Source: Minisyncoccota bacterium (GTDB lineage: Bacteria > Patescibacteriota > Minisyncoccia > Phycocordibacterales > UBA1006). Taken from it: a DNA stretch of 55,891 bases. The position numbers were made by a program, and so were the translations under genes. Each line of letters begins with the position of its first letter. Position 1 is the first letter of the stretch. The notes under the pieces are model-generated. The model made no database searches. It was not told the DNA's origin and saw only the letters and a program-made list of their open reading frames with translations. Below, piece by piece: positions 35,016 to 43,986 of the stretch. The stretch spans positions 1-55,891 of the forward strand of contig DASWYC010000002.1 of assembly GCA_036405175.1 (NCBI GenBank), written 5' to 3'.

Positions 35016-36770
35016 ATGTCGTTTCTTGAGTATTTGTTACAACAAGGAGTTATCACTCAGGAGGAAAGTATTGAAATCCTGCGCAAAAAAGAAGAAGAAA
35101 ATGCATCTGTTGTTGTTGAGGTGTATAAGCTCGGCAAGGAAAAAGATGTTATTGAGTCATTCATAGAAAAATTTTATGGTTTACCCCATGGTGTGGTAAA
35201 TGAAGAAGAGGTATCGCCGGATATTATGCAGCTCATTCCGGAGGAAGCTGCTCGTCATTATTATATGGTGCCGCTTCGTCGCAAGGTAAATGGTGTGATG
35301 GAGATTGGAATTGTTGATCCAGAAAACGCGGTTGCAAAAAACGTGCTGGATTTTATTTTTAGCCAATCAGGTACAGCATATGTGGTGTCGTTTATTTCAT
35401 TAACAGAATTCAATGAACTTGTTGATCGCTATGGCTCAATCCATGATGCTGTTTCAAGTGTTGAAGATGTTGTAGATGAGGATCAGGTTTCCGGGACTCT
35501 TGCAGATGATGAAAACGCCGCTGAGTCACTTGAAGAAATTGTTTCTCGTTCAGAAAAAGCAAAGCCAGAAGAGAAGGATGAAAAGATTACTGAATCTGCT
35601 CCAATTACTAAAATGGTGGCGTCTATTTTGTTGAAAGCAATCGATGATCGTGCGTCAGATATTCATATTGAACGTAGTCGCAATAATACTAAAGTTCGTT
35701 ATCGTATTGATGGTACGCTTGAAACGGCATTGACTCTTCCTAAAACGGTGCATGGTGCAATTATTGCGCGTATTAAAATTATCACCAAGTTGAAGCTTGA
35801 TGAAAAACGCAAACCACAAGACGGACGTTTTCCTGCAAAGATTAAGGGGCGCACCGTTGATTTTCGTGTTTCAACCATGCCAACATTCTACGGAGAAAAA
35901 GCCGTGATTCGTATTCTTGACCCAGAAACAGGAATTAAAACGCTTGATGATACCGGAATGACACCTGAACACCTCGAAACAATTCGCAAAGCACTTAAGC
36001 GTCCTTATGGAATTATTCTTATCTGTGGACCAACCGGATCTGGAAAGTCTACCACCTTGTATGGAATGTTGTCTGAAGTTGATCGTGATGGATCAAACGT
36101 GGTATCCCTTGAAGATCCAGTTGAATATTCTATTGATGGCGTAAGCCAGTCACAGGTGCATCCAGAAATTGGATATACGTTTGCTAATGGACTCCGCTCA
36201 ATTCTTCGTCAGGATCCTGATGTGATCATGGTGGGAGAAATTCGTGATGCAGAAACCGCACAGCTTGCTATTCAGGCGGCACTTACCGGACACATGGTGC
36301 TTTCAACACTTCACACCAATAGTTCTCTTGGAGTGGTTCCTCGTTTGATCGATATGGGAATTGATCCATATTTGATTGCACCAACTCTTACGCTTGCAAT
36401 TGCGCAGCGTTTGGTGCGCCGTATTGCACCAGAAGCAGGTGAAGCGATTCCAGAATCAGAGAGCTATCGTTCAATGATTACTAAACAATTTGATGATCTC
36501 CCTGCTGAATATAAATCAAAACTTGATCTTACTAAAATGCCGTACGAAGCTCATCCAACGCCAACGGCACCAATGGGAACCAAGGGGCGTATTGCGGTAT
36601 ATGAAATGTTTGAAATTGATAAAGATATTGAACACATCATCTTGCAGCGTCCAAGTGAAATGGATATGTATAAAGCTGCACGCGCAAAGGGAATGCTGAC
36701 CATGAAAGAGGATGCACTGATTAAATCGATGCAAGGGTTGTTGCCAATGGAAGATGTGAATACGCTCTAG
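35016..36770 (+). CDS. pilB: type IV pilus extension ATPase PilB/GspE
   Basis: T2SSE N-terminal domain, Walker A GPTGSGKSTTLY, and the VGEIRD and TGHMVLSTLHTN boxes. TGaTATACT lies 6 nt before the ATG. Confidence 0.9.
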   Translation: MSFLEYLLQQGVITQEESIEILRKKEEENASVVVEVYKLGKEKDVIESFIEKFYGLPHGVVNEEEVSPDIMQLIPEEAARHYYMVPLRRKVNGVMEIGIVDPENAVAKNVLDFIFSQSGTAYVVSFISLTEFNELVDRYGSIHDAVSSVEDVVDEDQVSGTLADDENAAESLEEIVSRSEKAKPEEKDEKITESAPITKMVASILLKAIDDRASDIHIERSRNNTKVRYRIDGTLETALTLPKTVHGAIIARIKIITKLKLDEKRKPQDGRFPAKIKGRTVDFRVSTMPTFYGEKAVIRILDPETGIKTLDDTGMTPEHLETIRKALKRPYGIILICGPTGSGKSTTLYGMLSEVDRDGSNVVSLEDPVEYSIDGVSQSQVHPEIGYTFANGLRSILRQDPDVIMVGEIRDAETAQLAIQAALTGHMVLSTLHTNSSLGVVPRLIDMGIDPYLIAPTLTLAIAQRLVRRIAPEAGEAIPESESYRSMITKQFDDLPAEYKSKLDLTKMPYEAHPTPTAPMGTKGRIAVYEMFEIDKDIEHIILQRPSEMDMYKAARAKGMLTMKEDALIKSMQGLLPMEDVNTL

Positions 36771-36870
36771 TCCTAAATTGAAAAAATGGTGGTATATTTA
36801 CATAATATGGTATTTGTGGTATAAAATATACATCTAAAACGTTAAAAACTTAAACCCAGTCATTATAATA

Positions 36871-39393
36871 ATGAAAAAACAAAATCAGATCTTGGAAAAT
36901 CTTCTGGTGTACTGGAGTACATACCAGAAACATGTCGAGGTCTTTGCGGATGCATGGAAATTGCAATTCTCGCAAAGGTTTATTCCTGGCACGTACGTTA
37001 ACGACATAGGTAGACAGATGAGGCCAGCATCCCTAAAACCAGAAGCTTTTGAGTATCGGCTTGTAAATGGCAGCACTAAAGGTGTCAGGGAATTTCTCCC
37101 TATCGACTTGGCTGCATGTACGGAAGCCAACTTGGCTCAGGTAATTCGTGATGGACAGTCACAGATCTGGATACCGAGGATGTTGGACAGCTTTAGCAGA
37201 GGTGATAGAAATGTTTTTAAATTTGAGGAAAAGTCGCTTTCGGGCAACTTTGACTTAGACTTTCTTTCAAATTCTTTCCTGTTTAAATTTGTTGATGGAA
37301 AAAAGTCGACAGGTTTTATTATAGAAGTGGAAGGCCTGAAAGAAGTAGAAACTATTTTAGTTGAAGTAAGTTCGTCAAAAATGGTTTTTGTTATGCCGAT
37401 TGCAAATAAGCTTTTAGCGAATGTTTCTGACTATAAAGAATATGGAAAAGTATTGGATAGTCTTATTAAAGCTAAAGAGGAGAAGCGTAACAAAACCTAT
37501 GAAACGAGTAAAGAGTCAGAGCTTTTAGAAACAATAAAAGAAAAGTTCGGCAGCCTTCGTTTTGATTGTGCTGGATTTGATATTATTGATTTCACAGAAG
37601 GTGAAGTTTCTCTTAAAAATACTGAAGGTAAGAGAATGGCCTATAGTTTAAAAAGTAAAATTAATCTTTCAGATGTAGTAAAAGAGTCTTACATTCTACC
37701 TTTACTAAATGCTCTTGGTTGTATTGTAAAAAGCTTTGACAATGCAACAAGAAGATATACTCATTCGGATGTCTTTGATAGCATTAAAAGGGAAGAAGTT
37801 CCTAAAAAAGGAGAGACGTATAGTACTATTCTGGAAGAGAAGCTTAAGTGGTTTGAATCGCCTAAAAGTTCAATGTTTAAAGTGAAGATTGAAAAAGGTC
37901 TTGTTAAGCCTATTCAGCTCAAGAAAAGACCAATATTAAAGAATGAGAAGGTTCACAAGACTACTCTTGTTCAAAAGAAAACTTTCAGGACTCTGGGCAT
38001 TGAAACGTTTGTAAGAGAGTATCATATTATTGCTTTATTTGAAAAGTACTTTATTAAGATGGTAGAGCTTGCTAAAAAGAAAAACTTTAAAACAGATCAT
38101 CTTTATAAAAAGTTTATAAGTTTTGATAATAGTAAGCACTTGGCAGTAGATGAAAAGTCTCTCTATTACATTCTTAAAGACTTATCTAAGGACTATCTTC
38201 AGAAGCTCGATGATTTTGTTAATGAGTTTAGTCCACTCATTAGTAACTCCATAGCACTGCATACTATTACGCAGTTCTATAAGACTGGCAGGAACCTTCT
38301 GTACTTAACAAAAGAGATACAATCTGACTTTCTCCAGGAAGAGAATGTGGCCTTAATATCCTTAGGCTCACTATCTTCAATGGCGGTACAGTTGGAATCT
38401 CCTCTGGTCGTGTCGCAGAAAGAAGAGGATAAAGGGAATCTTGCGTCAATGAAGATGCTCTCACCTGATGCGCTTTTGGAAAGCTTGCCTGCAGAGAAGA
38501 GACATCCTATTCGTGAGATTTTATATCTTAAGCAGGATGGATATCTGTACTTTTGCGGACTACCAGAAAACGCAGCCATCTGCCAAGATGAAAAGTTCTC
38601 GTACTATCTCAACAAATTTAACAACCTGCTGAGGGATATCAAGGAAAGACCAAATGTTGTAACAAAACGCCTTAGAAAGTTCGGGGGTTCATATCAAGCT
38701 GCCATGAAGAAAGGCGGGCGTTTTGCGACAGCTCAGGACAGGGATTATCTAAGCAAGAGAATGCAAGACGGCGAATTTATGGTTGACTCAGCGTTCACTG
38801 ACCTGGTAAACGAGTTACCTTATAAAGAGAAGGGGTTGCTATTGATGGGTAAAGTGAGATTAAGCGATTACTTTGTGGGTACTAATGAGTTTCTTGATGG
38901 TGTAAGTTGGGACGAGTTTCGGTCAGGTGCCAGTGAGCATCATAAGAATATTCTTAAGATAATTTATTGCTATGCCAATATCTCAAGAGTACTCAAAGAG
39001 ATTGATCATGATGCATTCTTGGATTCTTTTGAGCGTCATGAATTAGGTAGCAAGGCACCCGAGTCAGATATAAGGAAAGGTGGCTCTTCTGGTGTGACAA
39101 CAAATAGCCCTGCTGAAATATACACCTGGAATCAAGTTCCTTTCAAGGGTGTGATTCAGCTTTCTGAAGTTCAAGTCAAAACAAGGAAAAGGGTATCTAC
39201 AAATCAGGAGGAGGATAGAAAAGAGTATGCTGTGTATGTGGGAAATAAATGTTGCCACTCACGCAGAGCTCATACAAGAAGGATTTTTAAGCAAACTCAG
39301 GAAGGTAGAGTAGCTTATAAAGTGGTTAACATTAAATCTACTACGGTAAATGCTCATTTACCGCTAGGTGGCATTGGAAAGAAAATCAAATAG
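36871..39393 (+). CDS. 840-aa orphan protein, Lys-rich, with no signal peptide or recognised domain
   Basis: Long clean ORF with its own extended -10 (TGgTATAAA, 36817-36825) and its own terminator. It interrupts pilB and pilT. Confidence 0.6.
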   Translation: MKKQNQILENLLVYWSTYQKHVEVFADAWKLQFSQRFIPGTYVNDIGRQMRPASLKPEAFEYRLVNGSTKGVREFLPIDLAACTEANLAQVIRDGQSQIWIPRMLDSFSRGDRNVFKFEEKSLSGNFDLDFLSNSFLFKFVDGKKSTGFIIEVEGLKEVETILVEVSSSKMVFVMPIANKLLANVSDYKEYGKVLDSLIKAKEEKRNKTYETSKESELLETIKEKFGSLRFDCAGFDIIDFTEGEVSLKNTEGKRMAYSLKSKINLSDVVKESYILPLLNALGCIVKSFDNATRRYTHSDVFDSIKREEVPKKGETYSTILEEKLKWFESPKSSMFKVKIEKGLVKPIQLKKRPILKNEKVHKTTLVQKKTFRTLGIETFVREYHIIALFEKYFIKMVELAKKKNFKTDHLYKKFISFDNSKHLAVDEKSLYYILKDLSKDYLQKLDDFVNEFSPLISNSIALHTITQFYKTGRNLLYLTKEIQSDFLQEENVALISLGSLSSMAVQLESPLVVSQKEEDKGNLASMKMLSPDALLESLPAEKRHPIREILYLKQDGYLYFCGLPENAAICQDEKFSYYLNKFNNLLRDIKERPNVVTKRLRKFGGSYQAAMKKGGRFATAQDRDYLSKRMQDGEFMVDSAFTDLVNELPYKEKGLLLMGKVRLSDYFVGTNEFLDGVSWDEFRSGASEHHKNILKIIYCYANISRVLKEIDHDAFLDSFERHELGSKAPESDIRKGGSSGVTTNSPAEIYTWNQVPFKGVIQLSEVQVKTRKRVSTNQEEDRKEYAVYVGNKCCHSRRAHTRRIFKQTQEGRVAYKVVNIKSTTVNAHLPLGGIGKKIK

Positions 39394-39407
39394 ACTTTTT
39401 TTTAAGA

Positions 39408-39436
39408 GAGCTCTCATTGAGAGCTTTTTTATTTGT
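39408..39436 (+). terminator. intrinsic terminator of the orphan gene
   Basis: agagctctc att gagagct followed by ttttttat. Confidence 0.65.
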
Positions 39437-39486
39437 CCTGTGTACATTGTCATTAAATATTGCTTATGTTGGGGTATAATAGATCT

Positions 39487-40554
39487 ATGGATGAGACTAT
39501 CAAACAACTCCTTGATCGGTTGATGCATATTGTGGGTGACCAGGGTGCATCGGATCTTCACCTTATGGAGGGACGCCTTCCTATTGTTCGCTATAAGCGT
39601 GAACTTATTCCACTTACTACTGAACAGCCATTAACTCGTGAAGTAATGCAAGCATTTTTGATGGAAATGATTGGAGAAGAAAAACTTCAGCAACTTACTA
39701 AACAGCGTATTGAAGCTGACTTCTCATATCACTATCACGATACATTGCGTCTTCGTGGAAATTCATTTTTATCATCAGGAAAAATTGGGATCGCGCTTCG
39801 TGCAATTCCAAAAGTAAAAACTATTGAAGATCTTAATCTTCCTGCAATTTTGAAAGACTTTACCAAGAAAGAGCAAGGATTCTTTTTGGTGGTGGGGCCA
39901 ACCGGACATGGAAAATCAACCACGCTTGCAGCGATGATTGATCTTATTAACTCAACATCAAAAAAGCACATTGTTACGATTGAAAACCCGGTGGAATTTA
40001 TCTTTGAAGATAAAATGTCTATTGTTGATCAGCGTGAACTTGATGTTGATACTAATTCATTTCCACGTGCGCTTCGTGCGGCATTCCGTGAAGATATTGA
40101 TGTAGTGTTGATTGGAGAAATGCGTGACCCAGATACGATTTCTATTGCGGTGACTGCTGCGGAAACAGGACACTTGGTATTTTCAACACTTCACACCAAC
40201 GATGCAATTCAAAGTATCGATCGTATTGTGGACTCATTCCCTGGAGCAGAGCAGCAGCAGATTCGTAATCAGCTTGCAGAATCACTTATTGGAATTTTCT
40301 CAATCCGTCTCATTCCTTCACAAAAAGGAGTGCTCATGCCAGCATATGAGCTCTTGATTGCCAACGATGCAGTCGCTAACCTTATTCGTGAAAATCGCAC
40401 ACATGAAATTGTTACCGTTATTGAAACATCACGTGACGCAGGAATGATCACCTTGAACGGATCATTGCTTGAGTTAGTGCGTAATGGTGACATTACGGTT
40501 GAAGATGCAATCCACTATTCACCAGATCCGCTCACGTTGCGACGTCTTTTGTAG
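39487..40554 (+). CDS. pilT: twitching-motility retraction ATPase PilT
   Basis: GASDLHL, Walker A GPTGHGKSTTLAAMI, IGEMRD, TGHLVFSTLHTNDA. ATG 39487 has TATAAT exactly 6 nt upstream. Confidence 0.9.
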   Translation: MDETIKQLLDRLMHIVGDQGASDLHLMEGRLPIVRYKRELIPLTTEQPLTREVMQAFLMEMIGEEKLQQLTKQRIEADFSYHYHDTLRLRGNSFLSSGKIGIALRAIPKVKTIEDLNLPAILKDFTKKEQGFFLVVGPTGHGKSTTLAAMIDLINSTSKKHIVTIENPVEFIFEDKMSIVDQRELDVDTNSFPRALRAAFREDIDVVLIGEMRDPDTISIAVTAAETGHLVFSTLHTNDAIQSIDRIVDSFPGAEQQQIRNQLAESLIGIFSIRLIPSQKGVLMPAYELLIANDAVANLIRENRTHEIVTVIETSRDAGMITLNGSLLELVRNGDITVEDAIHYSPDPLTLRRLL

Positions 40555-40557
40555 TAT

Positions 40558-41769
40558 ATGTTGTATAAGTATAAAGCTTTTGAACAAAATGGAACCGAGC
40601 GTAAAGGTGAGATTGAAGCCGGTAGTATTGATATCGCAATCTCAAATCTTCAGCGTAAGAATTTGATTGTGGTGACACTTGATCCTGTGGCAACATCACG
40701 TAAAGGCGCAAATATTTTGCCATTCCTTGATCATGTTCCGCTTAAAGACGTGGTGATCATGTCGCGTCAGTTGGCGATTTTGTTCCAAGCACAGATCTCC
40801 GCAGCAAAGGCATTTGAATTGGTTTCAACTAACGTAACCAATCCGTATTTGCGTAATGCGCTTGAAGCGGTAACTGCAGAAATTCAAGGAGGAGGAGGAT
40901 TAGCATTGGCAATGAAGAAGTATCCAAAAATCTTCTCGGATTTTTATGTGAACATGGTTGCCGCGGGAGAAGAATCAGGAAAACTCACCGATGTATTGCT
41001 CTTCTTGGCGGATTATCTTGAGCGTCAGCAACAGCTTGAATCAAAGACTAAGAATGCATTGGTATACCCGGCATTCGTTATTGTTACGTTCTTGGGAGTT
41101 ATTGGACTCATGGTTACGGTGGTAATTCCAAAGTTGGGAGCCGTAATTTTGGATAGTGGTGCTGAGCCTCCGGTGTATACCAGGATTGTGTTGTCTGCAA
41201 GTAATTTTATCCGTGAATACTGGTTCTTGTTCGCAGTGCTTTTTGTAGGAGGAATTTTAATGCTCTTCTATTTCTTGAATTCAAAGAAATATCGCTATCA
41301 AGTTGATGAGCTTAAACTTGGTTTGCCAGCATTTGGTGATCTCTTTAAGAAATTGTATTTGTCGCGTATTTCAGAAAACGTATATACGATGTTGATGGCA
41401 GGAATCCCGGTGGTTCGTACGCTTGAAATTACTGCTAACTTGGTAGGCAATGAAGTGTATAAACGTATTCTTGAGCATGCAATTGAAGGAATTAAAGGAG
41501 GACAGATGATTTCTCAAGCAATTGAGCCATACAAAGAAATCCCAAAGTTGCTTTCATCGATGATTCGTGTGGGAGAAGAAACAGGACAGTTGGCAACCAT
41601 TTTGAAAACACTTGGAGAATTTTATCGTCAGGAAGTGTACCGTGCGGTAGATACCTTGATTGGATTGATTGAACCAGCAATGATCGTAGGTCTTGGACTT
41701 ATGGTTGGATTATTGCTTACGTCCGTGCTTATTCCGATGTATAACCTTGTTTCAACATTTGCGGGATAA
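40558..41769 (+). CDS. pilC: type IV pilus platform protein PilC/GspF
   Basis: Duplicated GspF domains (..AGEESGKL.., ..VGEETGQL..) and three transmembrane segments. Confidence 0.9.
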   Translation: MLYKYKAFEQNGTERKGEIEAGSIDIAISNLQRKNLIVVTLDPVATSRKGANILPFLDHVPLKDVVIMSRQLAILFQAQISAAKAFELVSTNVTNPYLRNALEAVTAEIQGGGGLALAMKKYPKIFSDFYVNMVAAGEESGKLTDVLLFLADYLERQQQLESKTKNALVYPAFVIVTFLGVIGLMVTVVIPKLGAVILDSGAEPPVYTRIVLSASNFIREYWFLFAVLFVGGILMLFYFLNSKKYRYQVDELKLGLPAFGDLFKKLYLSRISENVYTMLMAGIPVVRTLEITANLVGNEVYKRILEHAIEGIKGGQMISQAIEPYKEIPKLLSSMIRVGEETGQLATILKTLGEFYRQEVYRAVDTLIGLIEPAMIVGLGLMVGLLLTSVLIPMYNLVSTFAG

Positions 41770-41787
41770 CATATTAACAGCCAAAAA

Positions 41788-41826
41788 GTTCAAGATAGGA
41801 GTACATGCTCCTATCTTGAACTTTTT
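41788..41826 (+). terminator. intrinsic terminator after pilC
   Basis: A 14-bp stem gttcaagataggag / ctcctatcttgaac followed by ttttt. Confidence 0.8.
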
Positions 41827-41895
41827 AAAAAGAAGAGTATGATGTATTTAGTACTCATTATTTGAAAAATTATGTGAACTGTTTATAAGGGTGAA

Positions 41896-42038
41896 CGATA
41901 CGAGATCTGAAAGGGTTGGGGTGTCAGCTCCGCTCCGATTCCTTTCTCTCTCGTTTTTGCCTGACAGTCGCTAAAGATATGTTGTGTGGATTTAGTAACG
42001 GAAAGGCTGGAATCATCTGTGATTCCAGTCCTTTTTTA
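41896..42038 (+). ncRNA. candidate sRNA of about 140 nt with a CU-rich loop and its own terminator
   Basis: Possible promoter TTGAAA (41862-41867), 16-nt spacer, TATAAG (41884-41889). The stem TGTCAG/CTGACA (41922-41927 / 41961-41966) encloses the 33-nt loop ctccgctccgattcctttctctctcgtttttgc. The terminator is ggctggaatca tctg tgattccagtc + tttttt (42005-42038). Confidence 0.3.
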
Positions 42039-42044
42039 TTAATA

Positions 42045-42274
42045 TTGCTACTCAAAATAAGAAATGATATATTCTCCGTAGGACTCCTTGGTGGCGCGGA
42101 CCGTTTAAGGATTAGAGGGGGATTTCGCACAAACTCTAAGACCCAATTTCAACATACGCAAAAACAGGGTTGATTCCGGCTGGTAATAGATGATATTACC
42201 AGTCTTTTTATTGCCAAAATCCAGAATCTTTGATATAGTTATCCCACTCGACTCCCGTCGAGCCTTATACTAAG
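42045..42274 (+). promoter_or_regulatory. promoter plus 5-prime leader of about 195 nt with internal intrinsic terminator upstream of infC-rpmI-rplT (L20-type attenuator candidate)
   Basis: TTGCTA (42045-42050), 17-nt spacer, TGaTATATT (42065-42073). The terminator ggctggtaata gatga tattaccagtc + ttttt lies at 42178-42210, 65 nt before the infC ATG. Confidence 0.4.
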
Positions 42275-42802
42275 ATGCGAAAAGTAGACAACAAAATTCG
42301 TATCAATGAGTCGATACGTGCAGATCAAGTGCGCGTCATCCACCACGAAAAGGGAAACCTTGGCGTTATGAACACCGAGGATGCCCTCAAAATGGCAATG
42401 GATGAAGGATGCGATCTTATTGAGGTAACCGCAGAAGCAAATCCACCCGTGGTAAAAATCATGGATTATGGAAAGTACCAATATGAGGTTAAGAAAAAAC
42501 TCAAAGAGATTAAATCACGCGCCGCACATACGACCGAAGTTAAAAGTATCCAGGTTAAAACCGGTACCGGAGAAGGAGATTTGATGACTAAAGCCAAGCG
42601 CGCTATGGAGTGGTTGGAAGAAGGTCATCGAATTAAAATCGAACTCTACCTAGTTGGTCGATCAAAGTTTATCGAGAAAGATTTTCTTCAATCACGCCTT
42701 GAACGTTTTCTTGAATATATTGAGACACCGTTTAAGATCGTGGAAGATTTTCGAGCTTCTCCAAAAGGTATCGACGTTTTAATCGAAAGGTCAAAGAAAT
42801 AA
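42275..42802 (+). CDS. infC: translation initiation factor IF-3
   Basis: IRINESIRADQVRVI..., GCDLIEV...NPPVVKIMDYGKYQYE. Confidence 0.9.
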   Translation: MRKVDNKIRINESIRADQVRVIHHEKGNLGVMNTEDALKMAMDEGCDLIEVTAEANPPVVKIMDYGKYQYEVKKKLKEIKSRAAHTTEVKSIQVKTGTGEGDLMTKAKRAMEWLEEGHRIKIELYLVGRSKFIEKDFLQSRLERFLEYIETPFKIVEDFRASPKGIDVLIERSKK

Positions 42803-42818
42803 ATTCTTTATTACTTAT

Positions 42819-43013
42819 ATGAGTAGTGCAAAGACCAATAAATCATTCACCAAGCGACTCAAGATTACCGCAACCGGTAAATTGAAAGCGAGAAAGCCGG
42901 GGTTTAACCACTTCAATTCTCGCCAAACACGTCGCGAACAATTAGAAGGTAAAGTCTCTCAAGATTTTCGCATGACGAATAAGGAGAGAGCGCGGTTCCT
43001 CCCGCACAACTAG
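42819..43013 (+). CDS. rpmI: ribosomal protein L35
   Basis: KTNKSFTKRLKITATGKLKARKPGFNH; position between infC and rplT. Confidence 0.9.
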   Translation: MSSAKTNKSFTKRLKITATGKLKARKPGFNHFNSRQTRREQLEGKVSQDFRMTNKERARFLPHN

Positions 43014-43031
43014 AGGAATTAAAGTGAGGCT

Positions 43032-43379
43032 ATGACACGTGTAAAACGCGGAGTTATCTCCAACAAACGAAGAAAGAGCGTTCTTAAAATGGCAAAAGGT
43101 TTCCGCAACGGACGAAAGTCTAAGGAACGTCTTGCCAAAGAACAGCTTGCTCACTCGTACAACAGTGCATTCCGTGATCGTCGCGATAAGAAAAACAATT
43201 TCCGACGTCTCTGGACCATTAAAATCAATGCCGAAGTTCGCAAGTATGATCTCTCGTACTCACGCTTCATCGACATGCTCAAGAAGAAGAACATCGTTAT
43301 CGATCGTAAGATTCTTGCAGAACTTGCGCAGAATACTCCAGAAGTATTTGCAAAAGTTGTTGAAATGGCAAAAGCATAA
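43032..43379 (+). CDS. rplT: ribosomal protein L20
   Basis: MTRVKRGVISNKRRKSVLKMAKGFRNGRK. Confidence 0.95.
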   Translation: MTRVKRGVISNKRRKSVLKMAKGFRNGRKSKERLAKEQLAHSYNSAFRDRRDKKNNFRRLWTIKINAEVRKYDLSYSRFIDMLKKKNIVIDRKILAELAQNTPEVFAKVVEMAKA

Positions 43380-43382
43380 TTT

Positions 43383-43406
43383 AAAACCCACAGCAATGTG
43401 GGTTTT
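43383..43406 (+). terminator. intrinsic terminator after rplT
   Basis: aaaacccaca gcaa tgtgggtttt. Confidence 0.7.
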
Positions 43407-43407
43407 A

Positions 43408-43965
43408 TTATGCGTCAGAAGTCTCTAAATTTTTTACGCTATTTTTTTCAAGAAACTTAATTACTTTTTTAAAGTTTTTAGACGAAGCATACTCATTATA
43501 TCTTCCTGAAGAAAATTGAAACTTTTCAGAAAATATAATTTCACTGTTCTTTCCAAATAGCTTAATATGGTAGAGATATTCTACGGTTCTATTATATGAA
43601 TCTGTTTGAACGCTAAATTTAGAAAGCTCCTTAAAACTAAAAGAAACAACATTTTTAATTTTGAAACTTCTTTTCCAGAATAAGTATTTAAATCGAATGT
43701 GCTCTTCGTCTATAAGAATTGCATAAAATTTTACATTAAAATATACCAATAAAGTTGTAAGCCCAGTTAAAAAATAAAGAGAGAATTCTTGAACAGATTG
43801 CCAGTTAACGTAGTTCGTATCTTTAATTTTAATAAACATTAAAAGAACTCCCAAGCATATAATAAACCAGATATTGGGTGTAAGGAGCTTGCAGGCAACA
43901 ATCTTAAATTTCTCCCTTCTTATTCCAGTTATTAATTCTTCACAAAAAGAAATTAGATTTTTCAT
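43408..43965 (-). CDS. hypothetical membrane protein (very AT-rich)
   Basis: Two or three hydrophobic helices followed by a PH-like soluble region. No family recognised. Confidence 0.4.
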   Translation of the reverse strand: MKNLISFCEELITGIRREKFKIVACKLLTPNIWFIICLGVLLMFIKIKDTNYVNWQSVQEFSLYFLTGLTTLLVYFNVKFYAILIDEEHIRFKYLFWKRSFKIKNVVSFSFKELSKFSVQTDSYNRTVEYLYHIKLFGKNSEIIFSEKFQFSSGRYNEYASSKNFKKVIKFLEKNSVKNLETSDA

Positions 43966-43986
43966 AATTGGATTTTAGCATAAACT

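Noticed and set aside
41916-42173. Track ORFs 41916..42173 (+) and 41924..42130 (-)
   Set aside because: They overlap each other on opposite strands, span two intrinsic terminators and a promoter, and have implausible composition. The region is better explained as non-coding RNA.
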